NCBI GenBank assembly: GCA_964354805.1
Contig: CAYHBD010000008.1
Coordinates: 29,169-93,168 of the forward strand
From: an uncultured archaeon
Lineage (GTDB): Archaea > Iainarchaeota > Iainarchaeia > Iainarchaeales > GCA-2688035
DNA: 64,000 nucleotides
Direction of reading: 5' to 3'
Shown in pieces: positions 19,718 to 30,800 of this stretch. Both the position numbers and the translations under genes were made by a program. Under the pieces are notes generated by a model that was not told the DNA's origin, did no database searches, and was given only the letters and a program-made list of their open reading frames with translations. Position 1 is the first letter of the stretch, and every line of letters starts with the position of its first letter.

Positions 19718-21052
19718 ATGGTTTCAAGATTAGATGTTTTTTTGATTGTTGGTCTTTATCCCGGGCTTTCTTGTGCTGATATTGTTAAAAAGATAGGCAA
19801 GGCCCAAACCTCTTACAATTCAGCATACAATCTTCTTCAGGAACTAAAAACCGAAGGGTTAGTTATTGAGGAGAAAGGGGGCTTTAGCGCTTCAAAAACA
19901 AAAAAGGTGCACATGCTTCTTAGCTTGGTTTACTTTTGCTTCAAAAACGGGATTGATTACAACAAAGTTATTTCAGAAAAAACCGCTGAGTTCGTTAAAA
20001 TGGGCTTGGAAAAAGGCCAAATCGATGGATTGCCGTTTGACGCAAAAACAGTCAGGAAAATTATTGTCCAGCTTTCGAAAAGCGGGTTTGCTATTGTTGA
20101 GTCAAGAAAGCCTTTTTCGTGCAAAATTGTGCCCTCGCAATTCACTCAATTGCTTGCAGAATACTTTTTTGGAGAAACTAGGGTTAAATGCCCTTTGCTA
20201 TTGGATTGCCTGAATGAAGAGTTTGTTAACAGCAGCCTTGAAAAGCAGTTTTCCTCATACAAAAGCCTTGAAAAAGAAAAATTCGCCTTTGATGAAATAG
20301 GGTTCATTTACATAAGCCTTTCCCTTGAAGGCAACACCCTTACATTGTCAGAAACTGAAAAGATAATCAAACAAAACATTGCCCCTGCGTCCAAATCCTT
20401 CAAAGATGTGCAACAGGTGCTGGATTATAAAAAAGCGCTTGACGGGTTTATTTTATCCAACAATGCAATCACACTCGAGTCAATACTTGAATTTCACAGG
20501 GTGGCAATGAATTCCTTAGTTGCGGGGGCAGGCAGCTTTAGAACGCAAAATGTCAGGATAAAAGGCAACCCCAACTTTAAAACAGCTGACTGGAAAGAGG
20601 TGCCTGAGCTATTAAGGGATTTTTTCAAAAACGCGAACATCCAAGAAACTTTTGGAAAAAGTTTCATCAAAAAGCCTTTTGCTGTTGCAAAAGCCTTGGG
20701 AAAAATAGCTTTGCAAAAAAAAGTGGCAATAAATAAACGTTATATGCCACAAGAAAAGAAAAAATTTTCTGCTGCTGAAATAGTTGAACGAGCCGCCTTT
20801 TTGCATAACGAATTCCAGCGCATCCACCCATTCATTGACGGAAACAGCAGGACATCAAGGGCAATATTCCTAAAAGCACTAACCCAAAACAATTTTCCTT
20901 TGATAAAAATACCTGTGGGCTTTTCCGACCAATACATGAAACTTACAAAACTAAGCGAAAAAAGAGACGACCAAAAATTTGCCCTCCTGATGAAACAGAT
21001 AGCCTTGGAAAACCTAAAACACCTAATAAAAAAACTCGAATACGAATTCTGA
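19718..21052 (+). CDS. Fic family protein with N-terminal winged-helix region
   Basis: SLSLEGNTLT, GSFRTQNV, IHPFIDGNSRTSR. Confidence 0.9.
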   Translation: MVSRLDVFLIVGLYPGLSCADIVKKIGKAQTSYNSAYNLLQELKTEGLVIEEKGGFSASKTKKVHMLLSLVYFCFKNGIDYNKVISEKTAEFVKMGLEKGQIDGLPFDAKTVRKIIVQLSKSGFAIVESRKPFSCKIVPSQFTQLLAEYFFGETRVKCPLLLDCLNEEFVNSSLEKQFSSYKSLEKEKFAFDEIGFIYISLSLEGNTLTLSETEKIIKQNIAPASKSFKDVQQVLDYKKALDGFILSNNAITLESILEFHRVAMNSLVAGAGSFRTQNVRIKGNPNFKTADWKEVPELLRDFFKNANIQETFGKSFIKKPFAVAKALGKIALQKKVAINKRYMPQEKKKFSAAEIVERAAFLHNEFQRIHPFIDGNSRTSRAIFLKALTQNNFPLIKIPVGFSDQYMKLTKLSEKRDDQKFALLMKQIALENLKHLIKKLEYEF

Positions 21053-21107
21053 AGACGGTCATAATAGAGGACTAATTGACCGATATGATAATATTTACGA
21101 GAAATAA
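21053..21107 (+). pseudogene. Decayed 3' fragment of a RelE-like toxin
   Basis: Reads KTVIIED/frameshift/DRYDNIYEK*, compared with KIIFKDFDHHDNIYG* of 21477-21743. Confidence 0.4.
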
Positions 21108-21234
21108 CCACAGCAAACAAAAACCGAACTGTAAGAAAAAACGAGAAAGCTGAAGGTGGAAAACAAGCGGTAATGCGAAAAGTATTTATATACATGGCAT
21201 ATATATTAGGTATATTAAAAGTGCAGGTGGTATC

Positions 21235-21474
21235 ATGGTGCAAGCTATGGTGGAAATTCCAAAAGAAGCCAACCAGATCTTGAATATTGTGAAAGCAAAG
21301 CATAATTTGAAGACAAAGAGTGATGCGATTTCTCTTGTCGTTATAGAGTATGGTTCAAGGCTACTTGAACCTAAACTAAGACCGGAATACTTGGAAAAGC
21401 TATCCAAACTAAACAAAGAAAAGGGAATCCATTTCAAGAACCTCGGTGGACTCAGAAAACTGATTGAGGCATAA
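21235..21474 (+). CDS. DUF2683-like antitoxin
   Basis: MVQAMVEI..EANQILNIVKAKHNLKTKSDAI...LRPEYLEKL. Confidence 0.8.
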   Translation: MVQAMVEIPKEANQILNIVKAKHNLKTKSDAISLVVIEYGSRLLEPKLRPEYLEKLSKLNKEKGIHFKNLGGLRKLIEA

Positions 21475-21476
21475 AG

Positions 21477-21743
21477 ATGCGCTCTTACGAAATACTTCCC
21501 TCGCTGATAAAGTCACTACGCAAATTGTCCAAAAGAAACAAAGCACTTTACGAACAAGTTATGAAAAAGATTGGCGAAGTGACCTGCACACCCGACGTGG
21601 AACACTACAAAAATTTGAGGTACGACATGAAAGATTCAAAACGCGTTCATATCGGGCACTTCGTACTCGTTTTCGAATACCGAAAAGCAGAAGACAAAAT
21701 TATTTTCAAGGACTTCGACCACCACGACAACATTTACGGATAA
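21477..21743 (+). CDS. RelE/StbE/YafQ-like toxin
   Basis: HYKNLRYDMK..KRVHIGHFVLVF...DFDHHDNIY. Confidence 0.85.
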   Translation: MRSYEILPSLIKSLRKLSKRNKALYEQVMKKIGEVTCTPDVEHYKNLRYDMKDSKRVHIGHFVLVFEYRKAEDKIIFKDFDHHDNIYG

Positions 21744-21745
21744 AA

Positions 21746-21830
21746 AAAGCCTTTTTGCTTCCACAAAAAAGCCTTGGGAAAAAAAAAGCAATTGCTTCAC
21801 AACAGCCTCTTTTGCTGTTGCAAAAGCCCT
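21746..21830. repeat. Two hairpin family A copies between convergent genes
   Basis: aaagcctttttgcttccacaaaaaagccttggg (21746-21778); gcctcTTTTGC-tgtt-GCAAAAgcc (about 21805-21828). Confidence 0.7.
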
Positions 21831-21851
21831 TTTTGCATTGCCAATTTTGGA

Positions 21852-24800
21852 TTATTTTTCTTCCAGCAACTTGTTTGTTTTGGCAAGCTTGGCTTCAATC
21901 TTGCCCTTTATCTCAAGGAACTGCTTCTGCTTCATAACACCTTTTTGGTGCATTTTTTCAAACTGCTTCAATGTGCTTCCGAGCTCCTTCTTTTCCGTTT
22001 CAAGCTCCTGCTTTGTTTTGATGAACTTTTCAAGCTCAAGGAGATTTTTATTGAGTTCCTTTTCAAATTCGCTGAAAATCTCTTCGGTTGCCAGCCCGTT
22101 TTCCTTCACTTTTTTCATTGCAGCAAGGCTTTCCAGCAGCTCTGCTTTCTCTTTCAGCGCCTGCTCCCTTGTCTTGGGGATGGTTCTCTTAAGCCCTTCA
22201 ATTTCCTTTTTCTGCTCCTCAATCTTTCTTTCAAGCGCGTCAACTTTGAGTTCAAGGGCGGTTTCCTTTTTTTCCACTATTGTTCCAAGGATTGTTTTAG
22301 GCATTGGCTGCGGCTTTTCAATTTGCCTTGACAAAATTGCGGTTTCTATTTTTTTCTTCCACTTGTCTGTCTTGGCAAGCTCCTTGAGTTCGAAAATGAA
22401 GGTTTCCTCTTCATCTTTGTCCATTGGCTTTACAGAAATGCTAAATGTGCTGTCTGCAATATCTATGTTTTTGATTTCAAACAGCCCTGCCTGCCTTTTA
22501 TTCTGCTGCGTGGCCTTCAACGAGGAAAGAATTTTTCGCAGCTCCCTTGCAAACACTATCATAACTAAAATTAAGGCAATAAATGCCGCGGCAATTATGC
22601 CAAAGGTAATAAAATCTGGTGAAACAGCCAGTGGTGCGGCAATTCCGGTTTCCTTCGGCATTTCATACACAATAGTCAATAATTCGAACAGCATCTTGCT
22701 CTCGTTCAGCCCGGCAAAGTTGATTTTGTCATTGTTGTAAATCGCAAGCACAAGGCTCTGAACACCCTTCCTGTACGATGCATTAACATTGAATGTAATC
22801 CTTTTCTGTTCGCCGGCCTTGATTAAAAAATCGTGCTTTTCTTTTTCTATCTGCCAGTCTAAAGGCACGATGAGAGAAACGCCTATGTTCATGTCCTGTT
22901 TGCCCCTGTTGAGCAGCAAAACATCAACAGAGCCTGCGCCTTCCATGAAAATCTTTGAAGTGCGGATATCCAACACGACAATTTCGCTTTGAAGCTCCCC
23001 TAATACCCTAAAGATTAATTTTGCTTCTTTGGAATCCTCTTTGCTTGAAATCCTTACCGTTACTATGTGATCCCCAAATTCGACGGTTGATGGCACACTT
23101 ACCTTTAAAACAAAGGATGACTCCTCGTTCGGGTTCAGCTCTGTTTTTTCCTGTTCCAAACCGTAAATGAACGGCCCGTCAAGCGAGAGCGCAAGGCCTG
23201 TAAGCTTGCCATTGCCTATGTTCTTTATCCTGATTTCAATGAATCCAATACTGCCTCTCATGATGGCCTTTTCGCTCGGCATCTCTATAATTGAAATTAT
23301 TCCCTTCCCGCCACCAGGCAGGACCGCGAATCCCCCTCCACCGCCACCTGCTGCTCCCCCGCCGCCGGGCGGCTGGGGTGTCTCTGGGCCCTCTTCTGTT
23401 GCAGTGAACTGCTTTGAGGCTGCGCTTGTTTCACTGCCATAATAAACTTTTACCTTGAACCAGTAGGTTTCCAGGTTATTTGCGTTAAGCGTCAAATCGG
23501 GATTCCAGCTCTGGTCTGCAAGAATTGATTTTGCGCCGGATGCGTAGTCAATATCATCTCCTCCGCCGCACTGGTTTGTCTGCTCTGAAACAATGCAGTA
23601 TTCGTACTGGTATTCCTGGCTGGTTGTTCCCTCGTTTGTTATTGTAACGTTCGCGGTGATTGTCGGAACAGTTGTGTCTGTGATTGCATTTATTTTGACT
23701 TCAGGCGGGTTTCCGGTTAGCTCCCACCAGTCGCTTGGCTTTACAGTTGAGCCATTGACGGTAACAGAAGCAATAGTTTCCCACATTCCCGCGGTCTGCC
23801 CGCTTGTTGAACTGAAACTGTATGTGTATATCCCTGTTTCCGAAAAATTCATGTCAACATTTTCCACAATTTTGTTCCTTGACGGGTCATAACTTGTTAT
23901 TTTCGGGGTTGAATCCGCATTCTTCGGGCTTCCGTTGAAATCAAACACCCACAACTTTGCATAATAGATTGCGCCTGGCTCGATTTTTTGAAAATCGCTC
24001 AGTATTGCAGTGAACTTTTGTATCTGGCTTGTGTGAATATTGTGCACTGTATCATTTACATCGTTTAGAATTGCCTGCATTGTTGAAAGTGCAGAAACAA
24101 TAGTTTGCTGGCTTGTGTTTATGTCTGTCACAACGCCCTTTATTGTGGTGATGTCTGTTTGAATGCTTGAAACTGTTGTGTTTATGTCGCTTGTTGCCCT
24201 GTTTATGTCTGTGACAGCGGTGTTGATATCTGTCACTATTATTTTTGTGCTCTGCACAATTGCATTTATGTCAACTATCCTTGAATTCACGTCTGAAATC
24301 ATCGACTGCGTGGCTGCAGCGCTTTGCTTCAAAGAATCTGTGTCAGAAAGAATTATTTGGGTTGCCTGGTTTAAGTCCAGAACGCGTGAACTAATTGCCG
24401 TAGAGGTGCTGTTTATGTCCAAAACAGTTGAAGAAACAGTGTTTACTGTGGAGTTTATGTCTGAAACGCCGGATTCAAGCGAATCAGTATAGCCTTGGAT
24501 GGTTATAAGCCTGTTGCACACATCATTTCCTCCAGGAGAAGTGCAGTTTAGCTCGTTTAAGATAAGTAAAAGGTTTTCGTCTATTGCAGTATGGGCTGTT
24601 TCAAGCGTGTCAACATAGCCGATTATTTGCAGCAAAGAAAGCGCGGTTTGGGAATTGAAATCGTTCAATGCTGCGTTTATGTCTGAAAGCCTTTGGCAAA
24701 CGCTTTCTGCGGGAAAACTTGAACAATCCAGCATGCTTTCTACATCGTTCAAGCCTGTTCTAACCAGTTGAATGTTCTCGTCAACAAGGATTATTTTCTC

Positions 24801-27800
24801 CTTTATAAAATTGCTCGTGGTGTTTATGTCTGTTACTGTCAGCAGGATGCTGTTTGACGTTGAATTTATTGTGCTGACTGTTGCGCTGATTGAATTTGCG
24901 GTTGAATTTATGTCATTGGTTGTTGCGCGGATTCCCATGACTGCGGAATTCAAATCCAGGAGCCTTAATGAAAGCGCGTCAAGCTTTCCACAGATACTGA
25001 GTGATGGCACAAAAGAGCAAGCGTTCAGGGTGTTGTTTATGTCAACCACTGTCGAATTTACGGTATTAATCCCTGAGTTGACATCAGATATGGATGAGCT
25101 AAGCTGGCTCAGCAGGCTGTTTGAACCCGCAACAGCATTGTTGATATCTATTGAATAACCGAGCACCTGCAAAAGTGTTGAATTGAGGTCTGTTATTGAA
25201 GCTGTGGTTATCAGGTTTGTTTTTATGAAATAAACATTTGCATCAATTCCCTGCAAGAGGGTGTTCATGTCAGTAAGGCTTGCTTGAACAGTGTCAATTT
25301 TTGAGTTGATTGCGTTAACAGTTGAATTGATGTCTCTTACAATTGAGTCAATAGAACTCGTAGTCGCATTAATGTCCTGCACGAGGAAGAATATCTGGTA
25401 AAGCGTGTAATTCTGGTCTGCTGTCAAGCCACCGCTTACGGTTCCACCAGAAGCTGTTGCCGAAGACTGGTTGACATCAAAGGATGCTGCGCACTGGAAC
25501 CGGTTTGTTCCAATGTTCTGGTCTATAATGAGATTGTAGCCTCCGCCTGTTGAAGGCGCGATGAAGAAATTGTAATACCAGCCGGATTCGAACTCATTCA
25601 GGGTGTAGGATGACAGCAGGCTGAAAGCCGGATTGTAAAGCTTTACCTGCGGCGACAATCCGCTTAGCGGCGCTGCCGAAGGCCCGAGCATTAGTGCCGC
25701 GATTGAGACATTTGAATCAAGCATCCAGGAACCCGGAACAAACAATCTGCAGCTTGACTGGTTTGTGGAATAGCTTCTCAAAGCGGCAAGATCATCAAGC
25801 AAAAGCTCGTATGTCTCGTTCGTGTTGAGGTAAACCGCCCTGAAATCAGGAACCTTATGCAAAGTTTCAGTCTGGGCATAATATCCGTTTATGTCCAAAA
25901 TCCTCTGCCGGGCATTCGCGCATATTGTCTGCGCCGCTGGGGTGAGCAGGACACTGCAGTAGTTTTCCACTTCCGCCGAATAATAATTCGCATAATTGTA
26001 ATCATGTTCTATGTCGGTGAAATATTTGTTTCCCGAAATAATTGTTGCGGTTTTGGTTTCGTTCTGCAAAAAATCCTGACTAAGATAGATTACTGGGTTG
26101 CCATAGGCATCAAATGAGAGGCGGTAACTTTCATTGTTCAGGTCCGCAACCACAAAGATCTGCACAAGCGGAGTTTCCCCAATGGTTACGGACCGTATCT
26201 GGTCCGGGTCAACCGCCTCAGATAGCTGGTAATAAAGGATGTAATCTGAAATCGCATTTGGAACAAGGTTTTGCAATGTCGCGATTTGCGTGACAGCCTG
26301 CCTGTTTGCATCTGAAAACTGGAAATTATTTGTTATCAGCACGTCTGCGAGCACGGCACTTACCGCGAACGAGCTTGTTGTATACCCTGTGTTGGATGAT
26401 GTTGCCGCGGTTATTGTGGCAACATATATTCCATTGGCAGCATTCAAATCCAAAATTGTGGAATACGTGTATGTTCCGCTGCCGGCATTTGTCATTGAAA
26501 CATTGCTGACAAGCGTGTTTCCTGTCGGGGAAACTATTGAAATAGTGAGGTCTGCATCCGTGATTGCCAAGCCTGTTATGACATCGGATACAGCCGCTGA
26601 AAACACAATCAAATCCCCTGCCTTGTAGGCAGTCTGGTTCAATGTAACAATTATTGAAATAGGGGAAACCTTGAATGAAACCGTGCCATTTATGTCGTCG
26701 TTGTTGTAGTTTGCCTTGAAGAAGTATAACCCTGCTTCAGCAGTGTTTGGAACAGTGTATGAATATGAAAAATCGCCGTTTCCATCGGTTGTTGTCTGGT
26801 AGGTCAGAAGCGGAACCGTGGGCTCGCTGTTTTTGAAAAGCTGCACTATTATCGGCGCGTTTGCAAGCCGCGCGCTGTTCTTCATCATGAAACCATTAAG
26901 GTCAATTGTTTCAAGGCGCAGGTATTCCCTTGAGTCCCTTGAAAGAATCATGAATGCAGTGTTCTTCCAGTCCCTGAGCAAAAACTGGGTCTGGTAACGC
27001 GCATTCGTCAGGTCTGGAAAAACCACGCGGAAAAGCGTGTTGTAATCATCAGGGTTGTTGCTTGTGTACAACATATCAACGGTTATTTCAGTTGCTGAAA
27101 GCATTGGATTAACGACTTGTTCAGTCACAAAATCATAAGTCGGATTGGCTACCACTGTTGTGTCAAACCAGCGGTTATATATGTAATCCCTAATAACTGA
27201 ATATTCCCTGTCAGACTGGTAATATGGCGACCATGGCCTGGTTACGCCCAAAACACCAGGGCTGTAAGTGTAAATCAGGGTGGTTGTTGTTGCAGGAACA
27301 AGGCAAAAACTTTTCGATTCGGCTCTTGAAAAATCGCAGTGCCATGGCTGTGAATTCGGATGCTTTACTCCCTCATTTAGTTCGGTAAATGAGTCAACAA
27401 CCTGGGTGTAATCGCTATAGTGGCTGTAATCCCAGAGCGAATTATGCCTTGAATAAAGCGCAGCATCAATCCCAAGGTCGGTAATAGCTGTTGTTTTGTT
27501 TGGCCTGCCATCCATCACATGCTCGGCCCAGCTTGCTGTAATCGCGGCAGTCGGGTAAAGGGATGCCCTTGCAGGCCTGAAAGACGCGTATTTTTCGATA
27601 TTGTCAAGCGTGCTTGGGCAGAATACGCCCTCTGTTGCCGGGGCAAAGTTGTTTATCCAGCCAGGGCCCAAATCAAAGTCGCCGTACTGGTTTGCTGCAA
27701 AGTTCCAGTTGCACGGGCTTTGATAATAAGTCATGTTTTGGTCTGCCTTGCTCCAAAAGCCTGATTCATCATATGCTTTTTTGTTGAATGCAAAGCTTGG

Positions 27801-30800
27801 AGCCCATGCATAGCGGGTCTGCCCGGCAAGCTGCTCTGCGCCTGTTGTGGTGTATGCGTGAATCACAAAAGGAAAAGAGCTTGAAGTGAAAAACCATTTT
27901 CCCCAAAAGTATGTTGATTTTTGGGTAAACGTATAATCCAAAGAGCCATTGACTGACAATGAGCCGGAGGCAGCGTAGAGGTTGGAGGGATAGACAGGGT
28001 CAGGCCTTGCGTTTTCACCGACAATCACATTTACATCCCGCTGGAAAAGGAAAAAGGTTCCAAGCGAGCCAACGTTGGTAGTGAATTTTATCACAGAAGT
28101 GGCGCAAGAGATATTGTTTCTGTTGGAAGTCACCAAGTGCGTTGAAGAGCTTGAAATAAGATTGCTTAAATCGCTTAGGAAATCGTCAAAACCCTTGTAG
28201 CCATATTCTTCGGAAGGGCAGACATCCAAAATGTAAGAACTGAGTTTTGCTGATGTTCCGTACTGTGCGTTCAGGGCAAGAGGCGGAAGCCACCTGTTTT
28301 CCCTGTTGTCCGGAATGAAAAGGTTTGGCTTCAAATAAAACTTTGCAATCAGGTTCGGGTCAACATACTTGTTCAAGCCGGTTCCGTAAATGCTTTCCTT
28401 CGGGAACGCGTTCACGTAACCATTGTTCCCAACCGAGGGAATTGATGTGTTCAGGTCGGAATCGCAGGAAATGAAATCAGTTGTGTACGCGCTTGTAAAG
28501 GTTGTTGCGCCGGTTGCATCTGTAGGGCCAACCGGCCGCCATGAAAAATACGGCCAGACCTTGTGCACTGTGCAGCCTTTGCCTGGCTTTGCGTTTGAGG
28601 AACTCACGTTAACAAAATGCTCTCCGTTGTAATCAATAGTGAACATCAATGGCAATGGGGTCGGTGTCAATACCGCGGTTTTTTTGTCAGCAGAAATTGT
28701 TGCGGGAACATATGCGTCCATTAGTTCTTTCCTGCCGCTCCAGTTGAACCAGTCGTTGTTGTATGTTCCCTGCGGAACCAAAGAATAGGTTCCCCAAAAA
28801 TAATATGGGTGATAATTTTGGCTTATTCCAGTAGTCATTACAACAAGCGGAGCGTCAAGCTTTGTTTTTACCCTCACTCTCCCATTGTTGTTGAAAAAAT
28901 ACCAGGTGGACATTATTTTTCTCGTCTGGGCAGAGCCCAGATGCGGTGTCGCAGTAATGTTGGCTGTGTTCATGTCCATTCTTGCGAAAATTTTTTGGTT
29001 GGCGCTTCTCTGATAGCATCTTGAGGCAAAGACATTCACTGCTGTTCCACAAGTGCTTCCGCTTGCACAAAGCCCTTCAGCGGTTGTTCCAGCGCCTGTC
29101 CCTGTAGTCTGGGCATTCATGTAACCCAAATTCAGGGTGTAGTGAGTTGTTGAAGCAAACCAGCTTTGATCGTTGCCGTCAAGCTTGAACCTCACTGTTT
29201 CTGTTGCACCGCCTTCTCCAATATTAGCCCAGCTGAACCAGCTCTGGCTGTTTACATCAATAGAGTCTGTTCCGGCAGCGCAACTGCCTGAAACATTATA
29301 AACAGCCAAGTCTGAATAGCCTGGAGCAATCATGCTGACTGCCGGCGCGTTATAATAAAGTCTGTACTGCTTTGTTTGGTCTTTTGCAAAATTGTCCTGT
29401 ATGAAAAGAGCATAGTTTGTGTCCACAAAGCAGGTGTTTGTGTTTGCGTCAACCTGCCACAGGCCGGCAGGGCTGCTTGAGGCAGGCAAGCCAATTATGT
29501 TGTTTGATTCATCTGTTACAATCAAGTCAGTGCAATCAGGCCTTATGCCCCCGGTCAAATTAACGTCAAACCAGAACACTTCCGCGTTCCTGTCAAACAA
29601 GCCAGGCTCTGTTGCATTAAAGTCAACCCTGTTGGAATAGGCGTTTCCGTCAATTGTATCTCCCGCCACATTTTCTGACACGCTTATAATCATCGGGTTT
29701 GCGATTGCGTTTGTGTCCTGCTCAACATACTGCCAGTGCCTGTTTCCGTCAACCCCGGAGCCCTTTGGCTTGAACAAAAAATATGACTCGTGCCACTGCC
29801 GTAATGCCGGATTAACATTGTTGAAGTCAAGGGTTGCATCAACATGGTCGTAAATGTAAGAGGTCGCGGCAGCAGTGTTGCTGAAAAAAGTTGTCCGTCC
29901 CCAGTGGTTGCTCCATACTTCGTTTTGGTCTGCGCCAAATCGCGTGGCAAAGCCAAGCACCTGGTTGTAACCGCTGTTGTGGTCTGAAAGCCATGCCCAG
30001 TTGTCTGTTCCGAATGTTTTTGTTATCGGAAAATTGTCCCATTTTTTTGGCGTTACCAGTGCATAAGTGGTTGTTCCTGACAGATACACTCCATTTTGAG
30101 TATGCCCTAAAGTAGCATGGTTTAAGTCAAGGTTTTCATAAAGGCAATACCTGTTTAGAATATGCCAGCCGAATAAGTTATTCGTGTAAAGAGTTGAAGG
30201 GCAGTGACCTGGTGCTAGGCTGCCGTCAATTGTGTCAATGGCCCCGTACATAAACCTCAAATAATTGTATGGCGTTGGGTTTGGCTGGGCTGTTACTGTT
30301 GTGACGTAGGCAGTCATTATTCTCGGGTCCATGAATTGCGAGCTTGCGGTTTCTGTTGCCGTGAACTCGCTGAAGGCATTTATTGTGCTGAATCTAAGAT
30401 AGCTGGTGTTAAATCGGTTGTCATCGGTGTTAATGACCATTCCATTTCTGTCAACCGCCTTGAAATTAAAACTTGCATATTCATTGCTGTAAAAAACGTT
30501 TTTTGTCGGGTTCATTACAAAAGAATAAAGGTTTGTGTTGCCCCTAACCCAAAGGTTAGCGTCAGGAAAAGATTGAACGTCTACATCGTTTTTTGAAATC
30601 TTCTGGATTCTGCCGTTTGAATAAACGGGGTAAATGAATCCATTGACATCATTATCAATCCAGAGAGTTTGCGGGCTTCCATGCGTCGCTCCAGTTCCAT
30701 AAGCAGCAGTGCTTGCAGGAGCCCAGGAGCGCCAGTTAACCCAGCCGATTGTTCCATCGGATTTTCTTATCTGGATTATTGGTGCGCCCGCAATTCCTGT

